Program-made: the position numbers and the translations under genes
Assembly (NCBI GenBank): GCA_041653515.1
Contig: JBAZFG010000004.1
Span: forward strand, 6,568 to 70,567
Length of the DNA: 64,000 nt
From: Candidatus Nanoarchaeia archaeon
GTDB taxonomy: Archaea; Nanobdellota; Nanobdellia; WJKC01
Direction of reading: 5' to 3'
In this document: positions 50,938-61,224 of the stretch, in pieces
Numbering within the stretch: position 1 is the first letter of the stretch
Layout: each line of letters opens with the position of its first letter
The notes under the pieces: model-generated
Databases searched by the model: none
What the model saw: only the letters and a program-made list of their open reading frames with translations
What the model was told of the DNA's origin: nothing

Positions 50938-51621
50938 ATGGTTAAGAAATCTTTATTGCTGAAAGCAAAGGAAATTGAGGATAAGAAGATTGTTAAGAAA
51001 GGCGAGGAAGTCTTGATTGATTTTAGTGATATTAAATTGTTTGATAAGTGGGATACTAATAATATTGAGGTTAAGGATGAGGGTTTGAAGCGTTATATTA
51101 ATCTTAAACCAGTAATCGTGCCTAAGACTCATGGTCGTAACCAAAAGACTCGTTTCTGGAAGAGTAAACAACATATTGTTGAGCGATTAATGAATCATGT
51201 GCCTGTTAGTGGTCATAAGGGCAAGAAGCATTATTGGAGTAGTGCTGAGCAGATTGGTGAGGGTCATACTATTTTTATGGTTATGATTAAGGCTTTAACT
51301 GAGATTGAGCGTAAGACTAAAATAAACCCTGTTGAAGTGATTGTTCGGGCGATTGAGAAGTCTTCACCGCGCGAGGAAGTCACAACAGTTCAGTATGGTG
51401 GTATTAAGCATCCTAAAGCAGTTGATTGCGCGCCTCAGCGAAGGGTTGATTTAGCGCTTCGTTGGATGAGTCAGGGCGCTTTCCAAGCGAGCAATAAGGG
51501 TAAACGTCGTATTTGGAGCACTTTATCTGATGAGATTATTGCTGCTTACAATAATGACCGTAAGAGTTTAGCTATTAGTAAGAAATTTGAGACTGAACGA
51601 CAAGCTGCTGCCAGCAGGTAA
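50938..51621 (+). CDS. rps7: Ribosomal protein S7
   Basis: IVERL.N, NPVEV, PREE, AVD.APQRRVD.AL, ER.A..SR. Confidence 0.96.
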   Translation: MVKKSLLLKAKEIEDKKIVKKGEEVLIDFSDIKLFDKWDTNNIEVKDEGLKRYINLKPVIVPKTHGRNQKTRFWKSKQHIVERLMNHVPVSGHKGKKHYWSSAEQIGEGHTIFMVMIKALTEIERKTKINPVEVIVRAIEKSSPREEVTTVQYGGIKHPKAVDCAPQRRVDLALRWMSQGAFQASNKGKRRIWSTLSDEIIAAYNNDRKSLAISKKFETERQAAASR

Positions 51622-51725
51622 AATTGATTTTTTCTAATAATTAATATTATTCTTTGGGGTGAAGCCCTTTCTTTTTAAGAAAGGGTTTCTTTGAGACTGA
51701 ACGACAAGCTGCTGTATCAAGATAA
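51586..51725 (+). mobile_element. Duplicated recoded rps7 3' end separated by a family-A element
   Basis: FETERQAAASR* (51586-51621) vs FETERQAAVSR* (51690-51725); hairpin aagccctttctt-tt-taagaaagggttt. Confidence 0.8.
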
Positions 51726-51736
51726 AAAAAGATTAA

Positions 51737-52654
51737 TTATATTTTTTTCTCAATATTCTTAATTAAACTTAATAGACCATTTCTATCATTCTTTATTAGT
51801 ATTGATACTTGGTTATTGTTTACTCGACAAACATTGAATTCTTTTAGGCAATTATAGAATTCGACTGTAAGTGATTCATCAAGATTTTCAGGCGGGGTTA
51901 GCGTGTAATCAGTGTTTTTATTAATGAATTGTTCTTCAACGTAGTTTATTACTGATTCAATGGCAGTTTTTTTAATATAACAATCAAGTTCTTTGGATGA
52001 TTTTCTAATTTCTTTCTTTTTTAACAAAGCGCTTAGTTCTTTTAAGTCTGTGTTAATGCCATTAATTTGTTGCTCAAGTTTTTTGATAGTAGTATCTTTA
52101 TGTAAGAAGCGTTGTTGATAAGCAGATAATTCTTCCTTAACAACTATTAAGTTAGATTCTCTTTGCTCAATAGCCTCTTTTAATGAATTAATTAATTTAG
52201 GGTAATTATCCTCTAATAATAACATGTAATCATTAAGCACCCTAAGAGTGAGAGATGGATTAGGCTTGTTAAAGTAATAATTATTATTTTTGCGTTTAAT
52301 TATTATATTTTCAGTTAATTGATTAATGGCTTCCTCAATGAGTGGTTTTTCACATTTAACAAAGTCAGGGTTAATTTCTTTTAAGTGATTAATTAATGAT
52401 TTAAACTCAGTCAATCCTTTATTGGATTCATTAAAGTCATAAACTGCTTGTTCCATTGACTTGCAATCCTCAAATAAGTAAGCATTATTTTTTAATAACT
52501 CTTTTTTATCATTAATACATTTAATCTGGTTATCAATAGTCATATAACCTTTTTTAGCTAATAGAGCATTAAGCGCAAAACTACCCATACAATTAATCTC
52601 TGTTGATAATAATTCAAGCTCTAATGTCCGATAAGCCTTATTTTCACGATACAT
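51737..52654 (-). CDS. Hypothetical coiled-coil protein
   Basis: 305-aa ORF with heptad-rich centre. Confidence 0.5.
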   Translation of the reverse strand: MYRENKAYRTLELELLSTEINCMGSFALNALLAKKGYMTIDNQIKCINDKKELLKNNAYLFEDCKSMEQAVYDFNESNKGLTEFKSLINHLKEINPDFVKCEKPLIEEAINQLTENIIIKRKNNNYYFNKPNPSLTLRVLNDYMLLLEDNYPKLINSLKEAIEQRESNLIVVKEELSAYQQRFLHKDTTIKKLEQQINGINTDLKELSALLKKKEIRKSSKELDCYIKKTAIESVINYVEEQFINKNTDYTLTPPENLDESLTVEFYNCLKEFNVCRVNNNQVSILIKNDRNGLLSLIKNIEKKI

Positions 52655-52739
52655 AAATGATTACTCCTAACTAAGCCCTTTTAAACTTTATGAATTAATA
52701 GTAATCTTTAAAAACGGTTGGTCTTTCATTTTTTCGTAT

Positions 52740-54914
52740 ATGGCTAAGTTTGATGATAAAATAGCTTTTCTTCATAAGAAACAAGCTCAGATTAGGAATA
52801 TGGGTATTATTGCTCATATTGACCATGGTAAGTCAACTTTAAGTGACTCATTATTGGCTGGTGCTGGTATGATGCGGATGGAGCAAGCTGGTACTCGCCG
52901 GATGACTGATACAACTGATGAAGAGCAACAAAGAGGTATTACTATTCAGAACACTGGTGTTAGCATGATTCATAATGTTAATGATATTGATTATTTAATT
53001 AACTTAATTGACACGCCAGGCCACGTTGATTTTGGCGGTGAGGTCACAAGGGCTTTGCGAGCAGTTGATGGCGCGTTAGTGGTTGTTTGCGCAGTTGAGG
53101 GCGCGATGCCTCAAACTGAGACTGTATTAAAGCAAGCGCTTAAGGAGCGAGTTAAACCAGTTTTATTCATTAACAAAGTTGACCGATTATTAAAAGAATT
53201 AAAACTCACACCTGAGCAAATGCAGGAGCGTTTCCTTAGGATTATTGCTAAGGTTAATCAAATTATTTATGATAACGCGCCTGCTGACTTGAAGAATAAA
53301 TGGCAGATTAATGTTAATGATGGCACAGTTGCTTTTGGCACAGCAGTTGACCGTTGGGGCCTGAGCGTGCCTGTAATGAAGCAGAAAGGAATGACTTTCA
53401 AGGATGTATTAGATGCTTATTATAAGGGTGGTAAAGAAGCAATTAATGAATTAGGTGATAAAGCACCGGTTCACTCAGTTATCCTTGATATGGTAACCAA
53501 GCACTTGCCTAACCCGATTGAGGCTCAGAAGATGAGGATACCAATTTTATGGCATGGGGACCTTAATAGTGTTGTTGGTAAATCATTAATGAACTGTGAC
53601 CCTGAAGGCCCATTAGTATTCATTGTTACTAAAATATTTAATGACCCACAAGCAGGTGAGTTAGCTTTTGGTAGAGTCTTTAGCGGCACTTTAAGGCAGG
53701 GTAATGAAGTTTACATGGTTAACGCTAAAACTGACTCGCGGTTCCAGCAAGTATTCATCATGAAGTTAGATAAGCGTGAGATTGTTGATAGTGTGCCTGC
53801 AGGTAATATTGGCACAGTTATTGGTTTGAAAGGGGTTGGTAGTGGTGAAACTGTTTGTCAGGATAAAGAGATGATTGGTTTTGAAAAAATTAAACATATG
53901 TTTGACCCAGTAGTTACTAAGAGTATTGAACCTAAGGACCCTCAAAAACTTGTTAAGTTAATCAAATTATTAAGGAATTTACAGCAAGAAGACCCAACTA
54001 TGAGAACCACTATTAATGAAGAGACAGGTGAGTGTCTTATCTCTGGTTTAGGTGAGCTTCACTTAGAGATTATTGAGCATAAGATTGAGCGCGATAATGA
54101 TATTCCAATTGTTACTAGCCCGCCAATTGTTGTTTATCGTGAGAGTATTGGTAAAAAGAGTAATGTTGAGTTTGGTAAGAGTCCTAACAAGCATAATCAT
54201 TTCTTCTTCCTGATTGAGCCTATGCCAACTAATATTTATGACGCATTAGCTAAAGGTGAGTTAAATGATATGGAAATTAAGAAGAAACATAATGATGTTA
54301 TTGATAAATTAATTGATATTGGCGTTGACCGAGAGGAAGCTAAGCGTATTAGGAGTATTTACAAGAAGAATATGTTGATTGACGGCACTAAGGGTATTGT
54401 TCAGATTGGTGAGGTCATTGGGTTAGTTATTGATGGTTTCAAACAAGTAATTAATGCAGGCCCATTAGCTAAGGAGCCTTGTGAGGGCATTAAGGTTACT
54501 TTCACTGATTGTAAGTTGCACGAGGACGCGATTCATCGAGGTCCGGCTCAGGTTTACCCAGCTGTTAGGGAAGGTATTCGTTTTTGTTTTAATAGCGCTG
54601 AAGCACAATTATTAGAGCCAGTACAAATAAGACAGATAGAAGCGCCTAATGAATTCATGGGCTCTTTATCTAAGATTGTTCAGTCAAGGCGCGGTAAGTT
54701 GATGAGCATGGACCAAGAAAATAATAATGTTATTATTAAAGCTGAATTACCTGTTTCTGAATCATTTGGTTTCACGAGCACTCTTCGAAGCGCAACTGAA
54801 GGCCGTGGAGTCTGGTTCTTAATTGACAGTAAGTATCAGCCAGTACCTAAGTCATTGCAGGATGAAGTTGTTAAGAAGATTAGGCAACGCAAAGGCATGA
54901 AGACTGAAGAGTAA
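52740..54914 (+). CDS. fusA: Elongation factor EF-2
   Basis: AHIDHGKSTL, RGITI, DTPGHVDFGGEV, GLGELHLE, LHEDAIHRG (diphthamide His). Confidence 0.98.
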   Translation: MAKFDDKIAFLHKKQAQIRNMGIIAHIDHGKSTLSDSLLAGAGMMRMEQAGTRRMTDTTDEEQQRGITIQNTGVSMIHNVNDIDYLINLIDTPGHVDFGGEVTRALRAVDGALVVVCAVEGAMPQTETVLKQALKERVKPVLFINKVDRLLKELKLTPEQMQERFLRIIAKVNQIIYDNAPADLKNKWQINVNDGTVAFGTAVDRWGLSVPVMKQKGMTFKDVLDAYYKGGKEAINELGDKAPVHSVILDMVTKHLPNPIEAQKMRIPILWHGDLNSVVGKSLMNCDPEGPLVFIVTKIFNDPQAGELAFGRVFSGTLRQGNEVYMVNAKTDSRFQQVFIMKLDKREIVDSVPAGNIGTVIGLKGVGSGETVCQDKEMIGFEKIKHMFDPVVTKSIEPKDPQKLVKLIKLLRNLQQEDPTMRTTINEETGECLISGLGELHLEIIEHKIERDNDIPIVTSPPIVVYRESIGKKSNVEFGKSPNKHNHFFFLIEPMPTNIYDALAKGELNDMEIKKKHNDVIDKLIDIGVDREEAKRIRSIYKKNMLIDGTKGIVQIGEVIGLVIDGFKQVINAGPLAKEPCEGIKVTFTDCKLHEDAIHRGPAQVYPAVREGIRFCFNSAEAQLLEPVQIRQIEAPNEFMGSLSKIVQSRRGKLMSMDQENNNVIIKAELPVSESFGFTSTLRSATEGRGVWFLIDSKYQPVPKSLQDEVVKKIRQRKGMKTEE

Positions 54915-54968
54915 ATTCTTTAGTGTTAATAGTAATCTTTTTAAAGTCATTCTATTTTTCATCTGGTT

Positions 54969-56237
54969 ATGGCAAAGAAAGAACACTTAAACCTTGTATT
55001 CGTTGGTCACGTTGATCATGGTAAGTCTACTTTAATTGGTAGTATCTTCCACATGACCGGCGCTTTAAGCCCTCAAGAACTAGAAAAGTTCAAGGCTAAG
55101 GCCAAAGAGTACGGTAAGGCTACATGGGAGTTTGCTTACTTGACAGACGCTACTGAGCAGGAGCGAAAGAGGGGTGTAACTATTGAGTTATCCCACAAGA
55201 AGTTCGAGACAAACAAGTATATGTTCACAATTATTGATGCCCCTGGACACAAGGACTTCATTAAGAACATGATTACTGGCGCGTCACAGGGCGATGCTGC
55301 TGTTCTTGTCGTAGCTGCTAGTGAAGGCGTTATGCCTCAAACCAAAGAGCACATATTCCTTTGCAGGACTCAAGGCATCAAGCAATTAATGGTTGCTGTT
55401 AATAAGATGGATTTGATTGACTACAAAGAGGATAAGTTCAAGAAATTGGTTGAGGACTTGAAGGTATGGATTAGAAGCGCAGGTTTTAACCCTGACACTA
55501 TTAAGTTCATTCCTGTTAGCGCAGTCACTCAAGAGAACTTGGTTAAGAAGAGCGATAAGATGCCATGGTATACAGGTAAGTCATTAGTAGAAGAGCTTGA
55601 TGAACTTCAAATGCCTGAGAAACCTACTTCGTTACCATTAAGGATTCCAATTCAGGATGTTTATAGCATTACTGGTATTGGCGCAGTCCCTGTTGGTAAA
55701 GTACAGACTGGTGTTATGAAGATTGGCGACAAAGTCGTCTTTAAGCCAAGCGGTGCTGCTGGTGAAGTTAAGACCATTGAAATGCATCACGAGACAGTGC
55801 CTCAGGTTGAGCCAGGTGATAATATTGGTTTCAACGTTAGGGGTGTTGGTAAAGGCGATGCTAAGCGCGGAGACGTTTGCGGTCACGCTGATAACCCGCC
55901 AACTGTTGCTAAACAGTTTAAGGCTCAGGTAATCATTATTGACCACCCAACTGTTATCACGCCTGGTTACACACCTGTATTCCACTGCGGTACTGCGCAA
56001 GTCGCGTGCAGCTTCAAGCAATTACTTGCTAAAGTTGACGCTAGGACTGGTGCGGTTAAAGAAGAGAACCCTGACGTTTTACGTAAGGGCGACGCTGCAA
56101 TTGTTATTATCGAACCTAACAAGCCGATGGTTATTGAAGAGAAGGGTGTAGTCCCTCAATTGAGTAACTTCGCTATTAGGGATATGGGTAAGACGATTGG
56201 CGCAGGTATGTGCATCAAAGTGCTTGAGAAAGCATAG
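54969..56237 (+). CDS. tuf: Elongation factor EF-1 alpha
   Basis: [39 protein letters not shown]. Confidence 0.98.
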   Translation: MAKKEHLNLVFVGHVDHGKSTLIGSIFHMTGALSPQELEKFKAKAKEYGKATWEFAYLTDATEQERKRGVTIELSHKKFETNKYMFTIIDAPGHKDFIKNMITGASQGDAAVLVVAASEGVMPQTKEHIFLCRTQGIKQLMVAVNKMDLIDYKEDKFKKLVEDLKVWIRSAGFNPDTIKFIPVSAVTQENLVKKSDKMPWYTGKSLVEELDELQMPEKPTSLPLRIPIQDVYSITGIGAVPVGKVQTGVMKIGDKVVFKPSGAAGEVKTIEMHHETVPQVEPGDNIGFNVRGVGKGDAKRGDVCGHADNPPTVAKQFKAQVIIIDHPTVITPGYTPVFHCGTAQVACSFKQLLAKVDARTGAVKEENPDVLRKGDAAIVIIEPNKPMVIEEKGVVPQLSNFAIRDMGKTIGAGMCIKVLEKA

Positions 56238-56331
56238 AATCCCATTCTAATTTTTTGAATTTTAATTTTATTTTTTATTTTTCATAATAACTAAATGTTT
56301 TTATATTAAAATTTAATGGGAGTTCTCCCTA

Positions 56332-56784
56332 ATGGTGAACCTTAATTTCTCTAATGAAGTTTTTTTCTGCCTGCCAGTTAGTGAAAATGAGTTTGATGAC
56401 TTAATGATTGGCCTAGACTCGCTTGAAAACCGATTAAATAATACTAAGCGGGTTTTAAGTAATAATTATTTTAATGATTGGTTATTCTTTAACTCAATTA
56501 ATATTTCGTTAAGTTTATTAGAGATTTATTGTCATTTAAGTAATAAAACTGTTAATTATTTATCACGGTTTAATGATTTAACTGATGAGCATCATAAGAA
56601 GATTTTTGGTTTCACTAAAGATGAACCTGAAGTGCGTTCAAAAAGGTATTCTTTATTTCAGAGTTATAACATACAATTAATCCCTAATAATCAGGAATAT
56701 GGTGATTCATTAAAAAAGCTTAAGATTCCTGATTATGCTAAACCTAATGCTATGTATCATATTGCTTTAAGCCAAAACCTTTAA
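56332..56784 (+). CDS. Hypothetical protein
   Basis: 150-aa ORF between tuf and rps10. Confidence 0.45.
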   Translation: MVNLNFSNEVFFCLPVSENEFDDLMIGLDSLENRLNNTKRVLSNNYFNDWLFFNSINISLSLLEIYCHLSNKTVNYLSRFNDLTDEHHKKIFGFTKDEPEVRSKRYSLFQSYNIQLIPNNQEYGDSLKKLKIPDYAKPNAMYHIALSQNL

Positions 56785-56810
56785 AAAGTGTTTGTTATTC
56801 TTTACTGCTT

Positions 56811-57122
56811 ATGAGTTCGAAAGCCCGAATTAAATTAAGTAGCACTGAACCTGAAGCACTTAATAGTATTTGCGAGCAAATTAAGGGCATTACTAGTCGG
56901 ACTGGGGTTGACATTAAAGGACCAGTGCCATTGCCGACTAAGAAGATTCGAATGGCTACTAGGCGTGCTATTAGTGGTGAGGGCAGGGAAACTTATGAGA
57001 GTTGGGAGTTAAGGATTCACAAGCGATTAATTGATATCCCAATGGATGAGCGCGCGTTAAGGCTGATAATGAGGATTGCCATCCCTAAGAGCGTTAACAT
57101 GGAAATGGAAATTACTGAGTAA
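56811..57122 (+). CDS. rps10: Ribosomal protein S10
   Basis: ARIKL.S, GPVPLPTK, W.LRIHKRLID. Confidence 0.97.
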   Translation: MSSKARIKLSSTEPEALNSICEQIKGITSRTGVDIKGPVPLPTKKIRMATRRAISGEGRETYESWELRIHKRLIDIPMDERALRLIMRIAIPKSVNMEMEITE

Positions 57123-57251
57123 AATATTTAATATTTAGTTCTTTTGGTCAAGGTTTTCTTGCTAAGAAAAGCTTGTTGGAAATGGAAATTACTGAGTAAA
57201 ATATTTAGTTCTTTTGGTCAAGGTTTTCTTGCTAAGAAAAGCTTGTTGGAA
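57100..57251 (+). mobile_element. Duplicated rps10 3' end with two tandem family-A elements
   Basis: tggaaatggaaattactgagtaaaatattta at 57100 and 57177; agttcttttggtcaaggttttcttgctaagaaaagcttgttgga twice. Confidence 0.8.
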
Positions 57252-57262
57252 TAAAATAATTC

Positions 57263-57898
57263 TTAACGGTGCTTATACCTGCCTCTTGATTCAACAGTTA
57301 GTAATCGTTTAATTACTTCCCTGCCAATAGGGTAATGTTTCTCGTAAGCTTTTTTGAATAACTTCCATGCTTTATGGTAAACATTATAGTGACGGCTCAT
57401 CAAAGCTTGTTTTAGAACATGCAAGTCAACTGCTCTTGACTCAACTTTATCACTAACCTCGCTTAAACCAAAATCAATAATGAATAATTCACCCTCTTTT
57501 AGCAGCATATTACTTGTTGTTAAGTCGCCGTGAATAATATTATTAACATGCAATAAAGCCACTAAACGACCAACTTCTTTCATAACATTAAGATTATTAT
57601 CAAGCACATCACGCAGGACTGGCGCGTCAATGAAATCCATCGTGATTGAGTAATCAGTCACGCCGCGAACTCTTGGCACATTAATTAGTTTACCAGCCCG
57701 CTCCAGTAACCGCGCCTCGGCCTTAGTTCGCTGGCGACGCAACATTAAATCAAGCTCTTTAATACGATAAGACTTTTTCACCCGCGCCTTAATTAAAGTT
57801 GAACCATCACGCCATAACTTACTCTCAGCCCCTTGCGCAATAATCTGGCGCTTATTGCTCTTCGCTTCGCTCAGCCGCTCTTTATTATTTAACGCCAC
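57263..57898 (-). CDS. bud32: KEOPS kinase Bud32
   Basis: QGAES, K.R..K.YR..LD..LR..RT..EAR, IHGDLTTSN, IDFGL, AVDLHVL, RGRY. Confidence 0.95.
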   Translation of the reverse strand: MALNNKERLSEAKSNKRQIIAQGAESKLWRDGSTLIKARVKKSYRIKELDLMLRRQRTKAEARLLERAGKLINVPRVRGVTDYSITMDFIDAPVLRDVLDNNLNVMKEVGRLVALLHVNNIIHGDLTTSNMLLKEGELFIIDFGLSEVSDKVESRAVDLHVLKQALMSRHYNVYHKAWKLFKKAYEKHYPIGREVIKRLLTVESRGRYKHR

Positions 57899-58069
57899 TT
57901 AACTATCACCTCATCCCAAACCGCAGGGGGGACACCCCCCTTCAGTTCATGGCATCTCCTGATTCCCCCCGCAAAAACTAACGCCACTTAACTATCACCT
58001 CATCCAAACTTTTCCGCTCCGCGCAAAACCTTGACCAAAAAACTAACGCCACTTAACTATCACCTCATC
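57890..58069 (-). mobile_element. Three 26-bp copies of the kae1 3' end separated by family-B (57916-57978) and family-A (58005-58042) elements
   Basis: taacgccacttaactatcacctcatc at 57890, 57979 and 58044. Confidence 0.85.
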
Positions 58070-59005
58070 TGTTCTTTCACTTTGATTAATATCAATTCTT
58101 GACTTAACCCCTGACTCATACATCTTCAAGCCCAACAAACCAATCATCGCGCCATTATCAACACAATACTCCATCGGTGGCGCGCTAAACTTAGCGCCAC
58201 GCTCATCACACATAATCTTACACATCTCACGCAAGCGCTTATTAGATGCCACGCCGCCAGTTAGAATTAACTCATTCTTCTGACAATGAGCAAGGGCTCG
58301 CTCAGACACTTCAATCAGCATTGCAAAAACAGTCTCTTGTAACGAATAACACAAATCATCAAGCTTATGGTCTTTTAGTTTCTGACGCAAGTTAGTTAAG
58401 ATGCCAGTTAAGCTCACATCCATACCCTTAACAACGTAAGGCAGTGGAATGTACTTGCCCTTCAAGGCTTTCTGCTCGATTACTGGACCACCTGGAAAAG
58501 GAATGCCAGCGTAACGAGCAAAAGAGTCAATAAAATTACCCACACCCATATCAAGTGTTTCAGCAAACACACGATAACGACCACCCTGATAAGCAATAAC
58601 TTGAGTGTTAGCCCCACTAGTGTATAATACAACCGGGTCATTAAAGCCAGTAAGCTGTCGTGCGACCTCAACATGCGCAATACAATGATTAACACCTATT
58701 AGTGGGATTTTTAATGATTGAGCCAGCGTCTGAGCAGCTACTAAGCCAACGCGCAGTGAATGGCCAATGCCCGGTGCCCGGCTAAAAGCAATCAAGTTAA
58801 TATCACTGTAATCAATGCTTGCCTTACGCACAGCAGCATTGATGATGTCAGCAGCCCTAGAAGCAATGAAATCACTAGCTTCTCGAGGATGAATACCACC
58901 ACTAACAGGATGATAAGTCTCCTTAACATTAGATAAAATCTTACCATCAAATACTACTCCAACACCAAACGTATGAGCAGTTGACTCAATACCAAGACAA
59001 ATCAT
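58043..59005 (-). CDS. kae1: tRNA t6A synthase Kae1
   Basis: LGIESTAHT.G, GIHPRE, VNHCIAHVE, SGANTQ, GGVASN, DNGAMI. Confidence 0.97.
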   Translation of the reverse strand: MICLGIESTAHTFGVGVVFDGKILSNVKETYHPVSGGIHPREASDFIASRAADIINAAVRKASIDYSDINLIAFSRAPGIGHSLRVGLVAAQTLAQSLKIPLIGVNHCIAHVEVARQLTGFNDPVVLYTSGANTQVIAYQGGRYRVFAETLDMGVGNFIDSFARYAGIPFPGGPVIEQKALKGKYIPLPYVVKGMDVSLTGILTNLRQKLKDHKLDDLCYSLQETVFAMLIEVSERALAHCQKNELILTGGVASNKRLREMCKIMCDERGAKFSAPPMEYCVDNGAMIGLLGLKMYESGVKSRIDINQSERTDEVIVKWR

Positions 59006-59059
59006 TAAAAGTAAAATAAACAATTGAGTTTATAAATATGTAACTCTGAACAAGTCAAT

Positions 59060-59557
59060 ATGTCACAAAGAACCTTTGATAGTATATACCAAAAATTAAG
59101 CAGGAAATACCCTAAAATAACTGGTTTTAATCATAAATTGATTGAGAATTATAACAAGGCATTAAAACTAATTAATAAAAACAATTTAATAATAATCAAT
59201 GATTTCTTTTTCACAAAACTAGGCACCTGCCTAACTTTATACAAACAAGAATCAAGCAATGATTACTGCGTGACACTAACAACAAGCGTTAATGATGAAT
59301 TAATAATGACTGGCTTATACGACAAGGGTGATATGATAATTGGCGGCCACTGCACCACTAAATTAGTTGAGCATGAATCAATTATTGATGACTTGGATAA
59401 ATTCACTAATGAAGTTCATAAAAGATTAAAGCCAAGAATAGTAGTCGCTGTCGCGCCAATAGAAAATATATCAAGTATGATTAATGACGATGTATTCCTG
59501 CCAGACCAAATAAAAACAATTAATACACTAAAGGAAATACTGCTAAAATCTATTTAA
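59060..59557 (+). CDS. Hypothetical protein
   Basis: 165-aa ORF inserted between kae1 and rps27ae. Confidence 0.5.
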   Translation: MSQRTFDSIYQKLSRKYPKITGFNHKLIENYNKALKLINKNNLIIINDFFFTKLGTCLTLYKQESSNDYCVTLTTSVNDELIMTGLYDKGDMIIGGHCTTKLVEHESIIDDLDKFTNEVHKRLKPRIVVAVAPIENISSMINDDVFLPDQIKTINTLKEILLKSI

Positions 59558-59756
59558 TCTCAACATAACCGCATTTACCACAAACATGACGATTCTGGTG
59601 GTCAGCCATGAACACGCCAGGACCACAACGAGGACAATAAACTGCGCGCTTAACAGAGTCACCTTCAACAGTGTACTTAGCGTACTTCTTACTAGACTCA
59701 TGTCCCTTGCGCTCCTTCTTACCCTTACGAACCACTTTCTTCTTCTTAGCACCCAT
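59550..59756 (-). CDS. rps27ae: Ribosomal protein S27ae
   Basis: CPRCGPGVFMADH..R..CGKCGY. Confidence 0.96.
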   Translation of the reverse strand: MGAKKKKVVRKGKKERKGHESSKKYAKYTVEGDSVKRAVYCPRCGPGVFMADHQNRHVCGKCGYVEIK

Positions 59757-59757
59757 T

Positions 59758-60087
59758 TTAAGCCTCAGCCTCCGCAGATTCAGTCACAACGCCTTCCTTC
59801 TTTGCTTCAATAAGATTATTACGCTTCAATAAATATTGAGACTCATAATCATTCATCTCATCAGTATTCTTGTAAACACGCGCATTACCAATTGTTCGGC
59901 CAATACCAAACAAAGTTTTAAAACCATCAATAACAACAAGCGATGAATCACCACCAACCTTCTTAGCTAATAAAAGTCTAACATCAATTAATTTAGGTGT
60001 TGGCTCACCATCATGAACTACTTCAAACCGAATCTCATTACGATTAAATAAAAGGTTCTCAGTCTCGTTTAATAATTTAACATCCAT
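59758..60087 (-). CDS. rps24e: Ribosomal protein S24e
   Basis: N.L..R.EI, H...TP, T.FG...G.A.VY. Confidence 0.93.
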   Translation of the reverse strand: MDVKLLNETENLLFNRNEIRFEVVHDGEPTPKLIDVRLLLAKKVGGDSSLVVIDGFKTLFGIGRTIGNARVYKNTDEMNDYESQYLLKRNNLIEAKKEGVVTESAEAEA

Positions 60088-60088
60088 T

Positions 60089-60271
60089 TTATTGTTTCAC
60101 CTTCAAAGCGTACTTGCCTGGCTTTAATTCCATTGCCTTAGCAATATCACTATTCTCATCATAAATCATTAATAAACCATTCCATTTAGCACTTAACTTA
60201 GGGTTACCACAAACAGGACAAGTCTTAGCGTCAGTCACTGCTTTACACTTAACACAAGCCTTATCAACCAT
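60089..60271 (-). CDS. spt4: Transcription elongation factor Spt4 (RpoE'')
   Basis: AC..C...CP.CG...S..W.G, S.IA, PG.YALKV. Confidence 0.95.
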   Translation of the reverse strand: MVDKACVKCKAVTDAKTCPVCGNPKLSAKWNGLLMIYDENSDIAKAMELKPGKYALKVKQ

Positions 60272-60846
60272 TAAGCTTCAGCCTCCTTCTTCTTAGATGC
60301 TTTCTTAACAGGCGCCACTTTCTTCTCAAACCAAGACAAAACACCCATGCCTTCCTGCCTCATGGTTAAACCAACTTTAGCAGTCTGTAAGTTCTTCAAA
60401 TTAGCAGCAATAACCCTAGCGCGAATCTTATCACCAACTTTCAAAACGCGATTAGAATCCTTACCAGCCATTGAACCAGTTTTTGAATAAGAAACGAAAT
60501 CATCCATTATCTGCGATTTATGAATTAAACCTTCAATCGGACCAATCTTAGCAAAAGCCCCAAACTCAGCAATCTCAGTAATAATACCCTCAACTACTTC
60601 CTGAACAACTGGTTTATAAGCTAAAATAGTGAAAACAACATCATAATAAACAGCGCCATCACCAGCCACAATAACACCATCACCTATGTCTAATACTTCA
60701 ATAACACCTAAGAATAAGCCTTCCTCTAAGTCCAGAACGCCTTCAAAGTCAGTCCTAACGCTTTCCTCAACTGACTCAGCTATCTTCTTGCCGAACAAGT
60801 GAGGCGGCACCCTTATTTTTGATTTTAACTTTAATTCAGTGTACAT
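60271..60846 (-). CDS. rpoE1: RNA polymerase subunit E' (Rpo7)
   Basis: IRVPP, GDGAVY, EFGAF..IGP.EGL.H.SQIMDD, GLTMRQ.G.G. Confidence 0.96.
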   Translation of the reverse strand: MYTELKLKSKIRVPPHLFGKKIAESVEESVRTDFEGVLDLEEGLFLGVIEVLDIGDGVIVAGDGAVYYDVVFTILAYKPVVQEVVEGIITEIAEFGAFAKIGPIEGLIHKSQIMDDFVSYSKTGSMAGKDSNRVLKVGDKIRARVIAANLKNLQTAKVGLTMRQEGMGVLSWFEKKVAPVKKASKKKEAEA

Positions 60847-60855
60847 TTTTTTTAC

Positions 60856-61224
60856 TCAACCCATTATCACAAAGTGATTTTTTTGACGTAATATGACTAC
60901 ACGCAAGCTATTATTTAAAAGCTTTTTCTTTAAAAGCCTATCCTGAGTCAGGACCAGCGCCTTATTAGGACGCGCGTACTCAACAATCAAATCATCAACT
61001 GACGATGCTTTCAAATCAGTTTTAATTATTTTTAAGCCATTCCTCAAACCTAAATCAATAATTGACTCCCATTGGCGTGGTTTAAGCCCTTTAAGCTCAT
61101 TAACACAAGCCTCAAGCGTTACTAACTCAGCTCCAGGCACCAAATCCTTAACCCCTTGATAAGGGTTAACTTTAAACATAAAAGGAATTAATAACGCGTT
61201 AGTGTCAAAGATAACCTGCGTCAT
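60856..61224 (-). CDS. PIN-domain protein (Fcf1/Utp24-like)
   Basis: IFDTNAL..P, EL, VDD.I, TQDR.LKK. Confidence 0.88.
   Translation of the reverse strand: MTQVIFDTNALLIPFMFKVNPYQGVKDLVPGAELVTLEACVNELKGLKPRQWESIIDLGLRNGLKIIKTDLKASSVDDLIVEYARPNKALVLTQDRLLKKKLLNNSLRVVILRQKNHFVIMG

Noticed and set aside
57890..58069. CRISPR array (3 x 26-bp repeats)
   Set aside because: The repeat is the kae1 coding 3' end, the spacers are unequal and are themselves dispersed repeats, and there are no cas genes or leader.
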